Origin: Saprospiraceae bacterium
Lineage (GTDB): Bacteria > Bacteroidota > Bacteroidia > Chitinophagales > Saprospiraceae
Direction: 5' to 3'
DNA length: 64,000 nt
Assembly (NCBI GenBank): GCA_016715405.1
Contig: JADKAE010000004.1
Location: 119,693 to 183,692 of the forward strand
This document shows positions 49,553 through 62,249 of this stretch, piece by piece (position 1 is the stretch's first letter; each line of letters begins with the position of its first letter). A program made the translations under genes and the position numbers. The notes below the pieces were generated by a model. The model did not search any database and had not been told where the DNA came from. It saw only the letters and a list, made by a program, of their open reading frames with translations.

Positions 49553-49663
49553 GGCGATAACAGGCTGAAAGATAGTTGGGCGTTTATCGGCAACTATTTT
49601 CAATGTTCCCCCCACGCGCCCGACAATACAGTGCAATATACCTTATCAAAAAACCCTATACGT

Positions 49664-50718
49664 ATGTTACAGCTACGCCGTTGGTGGTATGCAGGTCTGA
49701 TACTCAGTGTGCTTTTTATACAGGCATGCCGCCAGGAAGCCGCCAAAGACATTCCCGATGTGTCAGACATCGAGGTCGAAATGAATGTGACGCGTTTTGA
49801 AAAAGCGCTTTTCTCCTCGATACCAACCAAATGGCCGCCGGGTTGCAGGATATCGAAGCAAAATACCAGTTTTCAATAATTTATTTCGAACGCATCCTCG
49901 GCTCCAAGGACCCCGCGATGGCCCCCGTAGGCCACGAGGCTTTTGTCAAAGGCTTTATCACCTATCCGCCGGTGCGCCATCTGTACGATACCTGTATGGT
50001 GCTGTACAACGATTTCTCGCCTATCGAAAAGCAGTTTAAACAGGCTTTTCAATTTTATAAATACTATTTTCCCGACCTGCCCGTACCCGATATTACCACT
50101 TTTGTGTCCGAATATTCGCACGCGGCATTTATCTTCGGCGACAATTCGCTGGCCGTGGGGCTCGATTTCTTTTTGGGTGAAAATTATCCCTACCAGCAAT
50201 ACAATCCCGGCAATACCAATTTTTCGGATTACCTGATCCGCACATACAATGCCGACCACCTGGTAGCCCGCACCCTGCTTACGCTCGCCGACGATATGGT
50301 GGGCCCGCCTTCGGGCAATCGCATGATCGATGTGATGATCAATAACGGCAAAAAGCTGTACCTGCTCGATATGTTGTTGCCCAATGCCCCCGATACGGTC
50401 AAAATGGAGGTCACCCCCGACCAGTGGCAATGGCTGCAGGAGAATGAACTCGAGATGTGGGCTTTTTTCCTCGAAGAAAATATGTTGTACAATACGTCGT
50501 GGGAAGATATCCGCAAATACGTGGAGTACAGCCCCAATTCGCCGGGGATGCCCGAAGAGGCACCGGGCCGCACGGCTAACTGGCTGGGATGGCAAATTGT
50601 CAAAGCCTATATGTCGCGCTTCCCGGATACTACTTTCCAGCAATTGATAGAATTGCAAGACGCCCAGAAACTACTCGACGAGTCGAAGTACAAACCCAGG
50701 CGGCGGTGGGGGGGCTGA
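49664..50718 (+). CDS. gldB: gliding motility lipoprotein GldB (one indel)
   Basis: Lipobox LFIQAC. ..RFEKALFSLDTNQMAAGL.. is recovered by an indel repair near 49813. The C-terminus APGRTANWLGWQIVKAYM...LLDESKYKPRR matches GldB. Confidence 0.8.
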
Positions 50719-50870
50719 GTCGGCAATCAGCAGTCAGGCAGTCGGGGCGTAGCGGCTTTGCGCCTGGCCGGTTGCTGCGTTAAAAAATAACCCAGACTGG
50801 CCCCCCGAAGCGGCGGCGCCGGCGCCCCCCCCCCCCCCCCCCCGCCGGCCCCCCCCCCGCGGCGGGGGGG
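50719..50870. other. half hairpin (CAGTCGG type) followed by GC homopolymer junk
   Basis: gtcggcaatcagcagtcaggcagtcgggg is followed by a C20 run at 50824-50843 plus C and G runs. No complementary arm is present. Confidence 0.6.
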
Positions 50871-50872
50871 AG

Positions 50873-52764
<1,892 letters not shown>

Positions 52765-52773
52765 TACCGCCGC

Positions 52774-53575
52774 ATGCCGGAACCCCTGATATTAAATATA
52801 GAAACCGCCACCGACGTATGCTCGGTGGCCTTGTGCCTCGGCGAAGAGGTGTTGGCGCTCGTAGAATCGCAGACCGTCAACGACCATGCCGCGCAACTCA
52901 CCACGTATATCGACCAATGCATGGACAAGGCGGGTTACAGGCTCGGCGAACTCGACGCGTTGGCGGTGAGCGGCGGTCCGGGTTCGTATACTTCGCTGCG
53001 CATCGGCGTGGCCACGGCCAAAGGCATCTGTTACGCCCTCGACAAACCCCTGCTGGCCGTGCCTACGCTGGAATCGCTGGCACACGCCGCCCGCCAAATC
53101 GCGGTTGACCAACCCACGCCGTATTGCCCATGATCGACGCCCGCCGTGGGGGTCAGCGCGCGTACACGACGAGGAAGGCCGCGAGGTGAGGTGGCAAGGC
53201 GCAAAAAAAGCAAAAACAGGACGAGCAAGGCCGCGAGGGGGGGGGGGGGGGTGCCGCCGGGGCCGGTCGAGAGGTGGCATGGCAAATTGGCTGGGGATGA
53301 ATGGGCTGCAAAAGGGCTTTGCCGGGGGTGCGTTGAGTTAAATAGTTTTTTTTGGGTGGCAGCGCGTCGAGGACAAAGCCAGGCCGCTATTTATTTCTCC
53401 GCAAGTGTTTTTTATCGATTTGCGATGCTCGGCGCAACACCTGTCCCCTTTGTCCGTTGAACAATTTGCACAAGGCGCCTTTGTCGATTTGGCTTATTAC
53501 GAACCATTTAGTTTTTTTTATTTAAAACCTCCCAATATTAACGCAAGCCGCACGCTAAAAATACGGGGATTTTGA
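52774..53575 (+). CDS. tsaB: tRNA threonylcarbamoyladenosine biosynthesis protein TsaB (middle third corrupted)
   Basis: The N-terminus ILNIETATDVCSVAL...ALAVSGGPGSYTSLRIGVATAKG is intact to 53133. After that come frame changes and the G15 run at 53237-53251. The C-terminal SAQHLSPLSVEQFAQGAFVDLAYYEPF..YLKPPNI is recognisable at ~53410-53575. Confidence 0.75.
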
Positions 53576-53631
53576 CAAGCCTGGAGTTACCCAATCAAAT
53601 TAAATGTGGATCCATAAAACCTATTTAATCA

Positions 53632-54567
<936 letters not shown>

Positions 54568-54588
54568 TGTTTGATGTTGGATTTTTAT

Positions 54589-55465
54589 TTATAAAGATGC
54601 AGCTGCCGGGCGTTTGCGCTTCCAGCGTTTGTGGGTCCAGAGCCAGTATTCGGGTTGTGCCAATATCTGTTGCTCGAGGGCGCGGGTGTGTTTTTCCGAT
54701 ATCTCGCCAAAGGAAGTGCCGGCGGGTTGGTCTTCGAGCACGGTAAAGTCCATGGTGTAGTATCCGCGGCGCAATTTATTGATACGCCCGAATACAACGG
54801 GGTAATTGTACTCAACTGCGTATTTCTCAGTGCCATAGGCCACGGCGGTATCCTGGTGGAGGAAGGTGGTCCAGTATGCATTGGCGGCATTGGAGGGCGA
54901 TTGGTCGGCGCCGAACATAAAATTGATGAGGCGGTGGGTATTGTTAATAAAAAAAGTTTTTACCTGCTTTTTGGGCAATAGTTCCATGCCATATTTACTG
55001 CGGGAGGTATGTAGTTTTTTATCAAAATAAGGATTGGCCAATGGGCTATAAATACCCACAGCGGTATGCGTCGTTTGCAGGTCGCAGGCAACAGCGGCTA
55101 ATTCCCAGTTGTTGTAGTGCCCGGCTACCAGCAGGAGGCTTCTACCTTCTTTGGCATAGTGCTCGAATACTTCTGGATTGACGATCTGGCAATGTTCGTT
55201 GATTTCCTCTTTGGTAATGCTGAACATTTTCACCGACTCCAGGATGAGGGTCGCAAAAGTGGTGGTAAAATTTGCCGGCGATGGCTTCGATTTCCTGCGG
55301 CGATTTGTCGGGAAAGGAATTTTTGAGGTTGGTAACCACTACCTTTTTGCGGTAGCCCAATATGTTATACAATACAAAGCAAAGCAAATCTGACAACGCA
55401 TAAATACCCCAGTAGGGCAGCAGCGAAATGGGTTTGATAAATAGATAAAAAACTATTCTGCTCAT
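54589..55465 (-). CDS. lipid A biosynthesis / lysophospholipid acyltransferase family protein (LpxL-like) (one indel)
   Basis: ORFs 55142-55465 and 54589-55233 join (..KFYHHFCDLILESVKMFSITKEE..) if one G is removed from GGG at 55248-55250. The HxxxxE-type motif AGHYNNWE is present. Confidence 0.8.
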
Positions 55466-55479
55466 GCTTGAATTTTTTT

Positions 55480-55630
55480 ATAAAAACGTTTAGTAGGGTT
55501 TAGCGATGGGTGGGGGATTGGGGGTTGTTGCAACCGGGCGCCACCCCCCCCCCCCCCCCCCCCCCCCCAACAAAAAATTAGGGCTAAAGGGGCGCGGCGC
55601 CCCCCCCCCCCCCCCCCGCCCAACCCAACA
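55480..55630. other. G-rich repeat arm followed by C25 and C18 homopolymer junk
   Basis: tagggtttagcgatgggtgggggattgggggttg is followed by C-runs at 55544-55568 and 55600-55617, then cgcccaacccaaca. Confidence 0.6.
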
Positions 55631-56330
55631 TCACAAACTACGCGTGCGGCCGCCGTCGACGGGCAAGCTGACGCCGTTGATATAGGCGGCAGCGGGCGAT
55701 GCCAGGAAGGCTACGGCTGCGGCAATTTCAGCGGGTTGTGCAAAACGCCCCATAGGCACGCTGTTTTGCATGTTGCGACCTACTTCTTCCACGCTTTTTC
55801 CCGATTCGGCAGCCTGGCGTTCGATGATGTCATGCAGGCGGTCGGTGAGGGTCAGGCCCGGCAATACGTTATTGACGGTGATCTGGTGGCGGCCCAGTTC
55901 GTTGGCCATGGTTTTAGCCCAGCTGGCCACGGCGCCCCGCACGGTATTCGACACACCCAATCCGTCGAGGGGGACTTTTACCGAAGTAGAGATGATGTTG
56001 ATGATGCGTCCGTAGTTTTCGCGTATCATGCCCGGCACCACGGCCTGAGTGAGCAAGTGGTTGCAGATGAGGTGGTTGTTAAATGCCTGTAGGAAGTTTT
56101 CGGCCTTCGCTTCAGTAATTGGGCCGGCGGGAGGGCCGGCGGTGTTGTTGACGAGAATGTGGATGGGCTTTTCGGATACAAGCCCTGATATTTTGATATT
56201 TTTCGCCGTAGCTGCCTGCTACGCCTGCAAAACGCGCCTCCTCTAAAACAAAATTTGCTCGCTTTCGCTCAATCACGAAAATCCAAACAAGCTCTTGGTT
56301 TAATCGGCTGCAAAATTAGCAATAATTAGT
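55631..56330 (-). CDS. SDR family oxidoreductase (FabG-like); N-terminal Rossmann part not recoverable
   Basis: The clean frame from ~56215 down reads ..IHILVNNTAGPPAG..NHLLTQAVVPGMI..GRIINIIS..SNTVRGAVASWAKTMANE..INGVSLPVDGG. Upstream of ~56215 there are only out-of-frame remnants and no ATG before the neighbouring stop at 56351. Confidence 0.65.
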
Positions 56331-56350
56331 CTTACCGGCTCCGTCGCCCT

Positions 56351-59302
56351 TTATTGTTTAATTACTTTTCGGGTTTCCACAACGCCGTCTTGATTGGTCA
56401 GGCGCACAAAATAGATACCCGGTTCCCAATCGACTTCAGCTATTTCGATTTGGCGCCTGCCCGCCGAGGCGTATTCCATAATTTGGGTGGTCATCACCTG
56501 GCCCAGGCATTGAGCACGTCGAGTTTGAATTGGTACAACACGCCAACGCCCTGTGCGTCTATTTCGATACGGAGCGATTCGGTGAACGGGTTGGGCATCA
56601 CCCGCCAATGAAAGCCGTTTGGCGGGGCAGGAGCGATATCGGTTATGCAGCTGGTGTGGAAGGCAAAATTACTGGCCGTATCGCTCTGGCTAAATCCGCA
56701 GACAGTTTGTATCTGCACTTCGTAATCGCGGCAGGGCTCAAGATCGGTTAATACGATACCGGGGGATAGGGAGGTGCGTTCTTCCCACAAATCTTCTCCG
56801 GCCTTGCGATAGCGTATCACATAACTAATTGCCGGCGATACTAAATCCCAGCCCAACTCGGCATTGGTGAGATACACGCTGAGGGTATCTATGTTGGCGG
56901 GCGAAGCACAGAAGGAGGCGGGCACAATAATAACGCAGTAGTCTTCCACTTCGCCAAAAGTACCGTTGGGGAAATTACAAGGGCCAACCACGTTCTGGAA
57001 ATTCATCACGACGCGCATGCGGGTAAAACCCAGGGGCGAAGCGGGCGGGAACGACAATAGCCCCTGTGACGGTAGTATTGGAGGAAGCTCCCGGGTCGAA
57101 GGCGAGCTCGTCGTTTTCAAAATCGCCGTTTTGGTTGTAGTCGATCCACACTTTGAAATATTCCTGGAAGACAAAACCCGAAAACGCCGGGCTGAGGCTG
57201 ATATCGTAGCTACCTCCCAATTCGAGCACAGGAGGGGTTATTTCGGTATAGAGGCCGTAGCCGTCGTCGCTTCCGCTCGTATTGTCGATGCCGGCAAAAA
57301 CGACTTTTTCTATCCATTCTTCTCCGGCATCGAGCCCGTTTGCGGGGCAATAGTTGAGGTCGGTGCAAGCGCCGCAGCCGCTCGTGCGGAATTCGACGAG
57401 TGCGGTGGGGGTGGTTTGCAGGGTATCGCAAACGGTAAACAGGGCAATTTCGTAATCGGTGCAGGCGGTGAGACTATCGAGTGAGAAGCTGTTGCCGGCC
57501 ACTTCGATCGTTTGCCAGGTAGAATCGCCGGCAGGGCGGAGTTGCAGCACAAATTGGGTGGCGGCCAATACGTTGCCCCACGTTGCCAACGCGGAAGTAT
57601 CGTTGATTTCGGATACCTGAAAGCCTTGCGGCAATTCGCAACAACCGTCGGTCTTGAAGGTGTAGTTATTGAAAAGGGTGGCCGTATCGCTGCTGCAATA
57701 GGCCGTGATTTGCAGTTCGTATTCGGAACAGGCGAGCAGACCTTCGAGCAAGAAGGGCGAGCTGACGCCGCTGATGGTATCCCAATTGAGGCTGTCAGCC
57801 GGGCGCCAAAGCAGGTCAACCTGGATTACACTGTCGGTGGCCGCCCAGGAGATCGTGGCCCGATCGCCGGTAATATCGACGGCATTAACGCTGGTGGCGG
57901 GCGGACAGCCGCTGCAATTTTGCATCAGCAGTTGGAGGCTGTTAAACACATTGAGGCGGCCGCCGGTGACGGTGATGCTATCGAGGCTGGCATTGGGGGT
58001 CACTCCCTCCAGGATGTATTGTTTGGCGAGTAATACGGCCGCTGCCGGGTCGCTTTTTGCGATAGCGATAAAGGAAGGGCATGGCGCGGAATAAAGCAGA
58101 CCTATCGTACCTGTCACATGCGGGGTAGCGCCCGAGGTGCCACCGAAGGGTCCGTAGGTATTGGGGAGGTCGGTGGTCCAGGTACTTGCACCGAAAGCGC
58201 CCAGGTCTATTGTGGTAAGTCCGTAGCCTGCCGAGGTGACCTTCACGTCGTTGTGGTTCATGTTGGTCACTGAGATAAGGTAATCGCTCGGACAAGCCGT
58301 GGGCAGGTCGCCTTCTATGTCCACGTTAACATTGCCATTAATCGTAGCGCCGCAGTTGAGTATACCGTTGGTGCCGAGGGTGTCGTAGAAGGCGCACCAG
58401 AGGGGGGCGTCCTCGGGGTCGCCCAGGTCGACGCCCCAGGAGGCGTTGGTAGCTACTACAAAGGCTCCTTCTTCGCCGTTGGTTTCGTTGTATCGCATAC
58501 GCTGTACCAGCGGGTAGGAGTAGGCTTCGAGCACGGCAGCTTCGTCGGTATTAAAATTATTTTTGACAACCATCACTTTTACATTCCAGCTGATGCCCGA
58601 CACGCCAATGCCGTTATTGCCTTTGGCGCCCATAATGCCGGCAACGGGGGTGCCGTGGCCGCCGCCGCTGATATTGTCGGTGCCGGTCACGGTGCTCCAA
58701 CCGCGATAGTCATCCACGTAGCCGTTGCCGTCGTCGTCGATGTCGTTGTCGGGGATTTCGGCGTGGTTAATCCAGAGGTTGTCTTCGAAATCCTCGTGGT
58801 TGAGGTCAATGCCGTCGTCGAGGGCGCAGACCACGATAGTGTCGCCTTGCACGGTAAGTCCGCCGGTGGTAATATCCCAGGCGAGGTCCATGTCGATATC
58901 GGCGCCGGGAAGGCCGCCGGTCTGACCGGTATTGATGTATTGCCACTGGCTGTCGAAGCCGGGGTCGTCGGGTATGGTAGAGCGGGTAGTGACGAAGTGG
59001 TTGAACTGGGCTTCCACGACTTCGCGGTCGCGGCGGATGGCCTGCAGGAACCGGGTTTCGTGGATGCGGGCAAAGTCGAAAGTGAGGGCCCAGATGTGCA
59101 TAGGCGCCGACACGAGTTTGCGGGTTTTAAGTCCGGTAGGCCGCCCTTCAAAATACTGCCATTTTTTGGCCCATTGTTGCGCGCTGACCTGCGGGCGGAA
59201 TTGTACCAGCACTTCGCCTTGTACGTGGTCGAGCAATTGGCTTTTGGCGGGTAATAAAAATGAGAATACGGCGAGAGCGACTAACGATAGGCGGCGCATC
59301 AT
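56351..59302 (-). CDS. secreted subtilisin-like S8 serine protease with Fn3-like modules, GEVED domain and T9SS type A C-terminal domain (two indels)
   Basis: The catalytic triad is VCALDDGID, GGGHGTPVAGIMG and GGTSGATPHVTG. It has the GTFGEVEDYC motif and the tail VMPNPFTESLRIEI...GIYFVRLTNQDGVVETRKVIKQ. The fragments at 56975-59302, 56494-57174 and 56351-56608 join near 57045 and 56506. Confidence 0.85.
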
Positions 59303-59410
59303 AAGTAATTAGGCGTTTTTTTTTATAAAAATAAAAAGCAGCGAAAGATAAACACTTTACCTATTGCAAATGCGGGATTAGCGGGTTTTGTCAAACGCTT
59401 GACCGATGAA

Positions 59411-60129
59411 TCAGGGACGCAGGGTGCGTTTGTTGAGCCTAAGCGTTTTTAAGACGCCGCGTTTTTCATTGATCAGGCTCACCAGGTAGAGGCCGGCGGG
59501 TATGTCGGAGATGTCGTAGCGATTATTTTGAGAAGCGTCGAAAGTGCGAATCCTTTTGCCGATCATGTTGTAGAGGATGATCTCGTCAACAGGGGCATTG
59601 GGCGTAATTTCAAAATAGTCGATGGCGGGATTGGGGAACAGGCGTAGACTAGCCTTTGAGAATTCTTTGTCGGCGTCTTCCACATTGGCGGTTAGTATCA
59701 GCGTGCCGATGGTTTTATCGGGGCTTTTAGTGAGGGAAAAGGGAATTTCATACACGCCCCTGCCGGCAGCCCCCATCGGTAGTATATGCAGGGAAAACGT
59801 AAGGGAAGCGCCCGGCGCCAGTTCTACCGGCGCGTTGATATTGTATTTGGGGGCGTAATTGGTGGCTACGTCGGGCGTGTAATAGGCGAAGTCGTCGCAC
59901 ACTTGCGTTTGCCAGCCCAGCGGCTGGTTTACGATGTTCCTTTTCCACTTCAGCAGCAGGGTTTGGTTGGGGATTGTGACCGTAGCACTCAATTCAGCGT
60001 TTTCGACCAATCGTCGAGGTCTACCAGGAAGCGCTCTTCCACGGCATTGGGCTCAAGTGACAACAGCTTTTGCGAATAGCCGTTGCCTATTGCCGAAAGG
60101 GTTAGAATCAGGAGTAAAAAGTGCTTCAT
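59411..60129 (-). CDS. hypothetical secreted protein with T9SS type A C-terminal domain (one indel)
   Basis: The N-terminus MKHFLLLILTLSAIGNGYSQ starts at ATG 60129 and joins ORF 59411-60010 if AA at 60009-60010 is AAA. The tail is LRLFPNPAIDYFEI...GLYLVSLINEKRGVLKTLRL. Confidence 0.7.
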
Positions 60130-60226
60130 TGGGCTACAATCGTTAATATGGGCATTAAGTTACGTCTTTTTTAACGCAACAAGCCTCAAAATGGAACGGC
60201 AAAATGGCGTTTTAATTTTTAATTAA

Positions 60227-60283
60227 CAGCAGTCGGCAGTCGGCTATCGGCTACTTGGATCCGACTGCCGACTGCCGACCGCC
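60227..60283. terminator. periodic-arm hairpin (CAGTCGG type)
   Basis: cagcagtcggcagtcggctatcgg / ccgactgccgactgccgac. The right arm encodes the last residues of the DUF1611 ORF. Confidence 0.55.
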
Positions 60284-61333
60284 AGAATCCATAAACTCCC
60301 TCACCACCGGTATCAGCCTATCCACGCCTTCTTTGAGCGGGCGCACCACCGGGATGCCCATCACGGCCTCCGTTTCGCGCTGGTAAGCGGCCAGTTCGGC
60401 ATCGGTCATATTTTCTTCATTCAAAGTAATAGCCAGCACCCTGGCGCCGTACAAAGACAAGAGGCCTATTTCTGAAGCTATAAGGGGAATGGGTATGTCG
60501 GTGCTATCGTAGCAGCGGCGGCCCGGGGCGTGTTGCAGGATAACCCCGGTGACATTGCCCGAGAGGATAATCTCGCTGCCGCAGGGGCCGTTGGGATTGC
60601 GCAGCGCTGATTGGCCTTCAATGAGGATGAGGTCGGGATTGCTTTCGTTGGCACAATCCACAATCACCCGTTCGATTTCGCCGCTAACGAAATCGTTGAC
60701 CGTGCTGTCAAAGATAAAGCCATAGCGATATCCCTGCATCCAGCCTGTCTGCCCGGTATAAATCATCTCTGTAGCGATATTGTTTTCGCGGCAGCTTTCC
60801 ATCAGCATGCGGCAGGTGGTTCGTTTGCCCAGGGCGCAGTCGGTGCCCAGTACAGCAATTTTCGGTGTTTTGACCGAATAGATATCGCCGGTCCAGAAGC
60901 GCAGCGAATTGCGGGGTTTGGGTTTGCGCACATCGATGAGTTCTACGCGGTTTTTTTCGGCCAGCGCTTTGAAATCAGGGTCGTCGCTCAGAAAAGTATG
61001 CAGACCGCACACGACACCCATGCCCGAGCCGATGGCGGTATACAGCTCTTCGCGAAAATCTTCGGGCAGTTGTCCGCCGTGGAGCGCCACGCCCACCACG
61101 CAATATTTGGGTAGCGGCAACTCAGCGGCTTTATAATCGGCTATCGTAGCAAAAACGGGAATCCCCAGCGTTTTGCCGTCCATCACTTCGCCGGCGTCAC
61201 TGCCTGCGTGCTGATAGTCAATAACGGCCTGGATATCGAAGCGGTCGGTGCCGCGCAAGAGTCCGTGACAAGTTTTGGCATTAGACGTGGCCAGCATGCC
61301 GTGGGTGAGAATTATGGCGGTTGAATTTTCCAT
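60251..61333 (-). CDS. DUF1611 domain protein
   Basis: 360 aa. ..VLGTDCALGKRTT.. has a P-loop-like motif, and the overall DUF1611 layout matches from memory. Confidence 0.7.
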   Translation of the reverse strand: MENSTAIILTHGMLATSNAKTCHGLLRGTDRFDIQAVIDYQHAGSDAGEVMDGKTLGIPVFATIADYKAAELPLPKYCVVGVALHGGQLPEDFREELYTAIGSGMGVVCGLHTFLSDDPDFKALAEKNRVELIDVRKPKPRNSLRFWTGDIYSVKTPKIAVLGTDCALGKRTTCRMLMESCRENNIATEMIYTGQTGWMQGYRYGFIFDSTVNDFVSGEIERVIVDCANESNPDLILIEGQSALRNPNGPCGSEIILSGNVTGVILQHAPGRRCYDSTDIPIPLIASEIGLLSLYGARVLAITLNEENMTDAELAAYQRETEAVMGIPVVRPLKEGVDRLIPVVREFMDSGGRQSAVGSK

Positions 61334-61337
61334 ACTT

Positions 61338-61345
61338 CAAATATA
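61338..61345 (-). promoter_or_regulatory. -7 promoter box (TATATTTG on minus strand)
   Basis: Forward caaatata, 4 nt upstream of ATG 61333. Confidence 0.45.
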
Positions 61346-61357
61346 TCAATATGCGCG

Positions 61358-61365
61358 TATCTTTG
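61358..61365 (+). promoter_or_regulatory. -7 promoter box TATCTTTG
   Basis: An exact TAnnTTTG match, 7 nt upstream of ATG 61373. Confidence 0.45.
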
Positions 61366-61372
61366 CACGCAT

Positions 61373-62053
61373 ATGAGAACGATATTCTATTGTATATGTG
61401 CGGCGGCGGTCCTGCTGGGTCAGGCCGGCTGCGCCAACGGCGCCGGAAAACCCCGGCTGATTGCCGATTATTTTGTGCGCTACCTGGCCGACGTATCTGA
61501 GATCAAGGCACAGGCCAGCTTTTACGAAGGCGATACCCTGGAGACGGCGGTGCCCAAAGTGATTGCCGGCGGCGTCAGCTTCCAGCAAAGCGCCATGGAA
61601 GCCAAATCGCTCCAGCGCGAGGTGGTTCGCTATTTGCTGCAGCGTCGCAGCGAGTTCATCCCGCCCTTTACTTTCGCCTTCACCGGCGACGACGGCGAGA
61701 AAGTGACCTACACCCTCCCGATGAACCCCATCGACAGTTTTTCCTTTAAAGGGCCTATAAGTAAGTCGAAAGGCGGCACGCTGATACTCAAAGGCGAGCC
61801 CCTCAGCGCCAAAGAAAGCCTGGTAGTGCTTTTTAGCGATGCCCGCAACCAGGCCGGCTCTGTGACTATTCAAGGTCCTATTACTACCCAGGAAGTCTTC
61901 ATACCCGCCACCAATCTGGCCAATCTGCAAACCGGCGCAGGCATGGTTTATCTGGTGCGGAAAATTGTAAAAATCGAGGATACTCCGGCGCGTTATGTCA
62001 TTGCGGCAGGAGAGTATTATACGCCGGCTATCGGGGTGGTGCTGGTGGAGTAG
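61373..62053 (+). CDS. hypothetical lipoprotein
   Basis: 226 aa with lipobox LLGQAGC. No family recognised. Confidence 0.6.
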   Translation: MRTIFYCICAAAVLLGQAGCANGAGKPRLIADYFVRYLADVSEIKAQASFYEGDTLETAVPKVIAGGVSFQQSAMEAKSLQREVVRYLLQRRSEFIPPFTFAFTGDDGEKVTYTLPMNPIDSFSFKGPISKSKGGTLILKGEPLSAKESLVVLFSDARNQAGSVTIQGPITTQEVFIPATNLANLQTGAGMVYLVRKIVKIEDTPARYVIAAGEYYTPAIGVVLVE

Positions 62054-62157
62054 GGGAATGGGGGACTTGGCGAGGGGGCGAGGGGGCGACTTTTCTTAAG
62101 ACAACGGCACAGCTCGCCCCCTCTCCCATTCTCCCTCGCCCATTCTCCCTCTCCCTC
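62053..62157. terminator. periodic-arm hairpin (GGCGAGGGG / CTCTCCC type)
   Basis: ggggaatgggggacttggcgagggggcgagggggcgac / ctcgccccctctcccattctccctcgcccattctccctctccctcg. Confidence 0.55.
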
Positions 62158-62188
62158 GAATTCTTCCTCTCATTTCCATTCCGCTTCT

Positions 62189-62196
62189 TATCTTTG
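62189..62196 (+). promoter_or_regulatory. -7 promoter box TATCTTTG for carB
   Basis: An exact TAnnTTTG match, 53 nt upstream of ATG 62250. Confidence 0.4.
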
Positions 62197-62249
62197 CGGG
62201 CGATTTGGCGAGCCGGTTGCCATCCTCCGGCAGAAAATTGCACTATAAC

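Noticed and set aside
50824-50843. Poly-C and poly-G tracts (also 53237-51, 55544-68, 55600-17) as slipped-strand phase-variation switches
   Set aside because: They are embedded in degenerate GC junk. They co-occur with loss of real sequence (a missing hairpin arm, corrupted tsaB) and are not positioned at promoters or 5' coding regions of surface genes.
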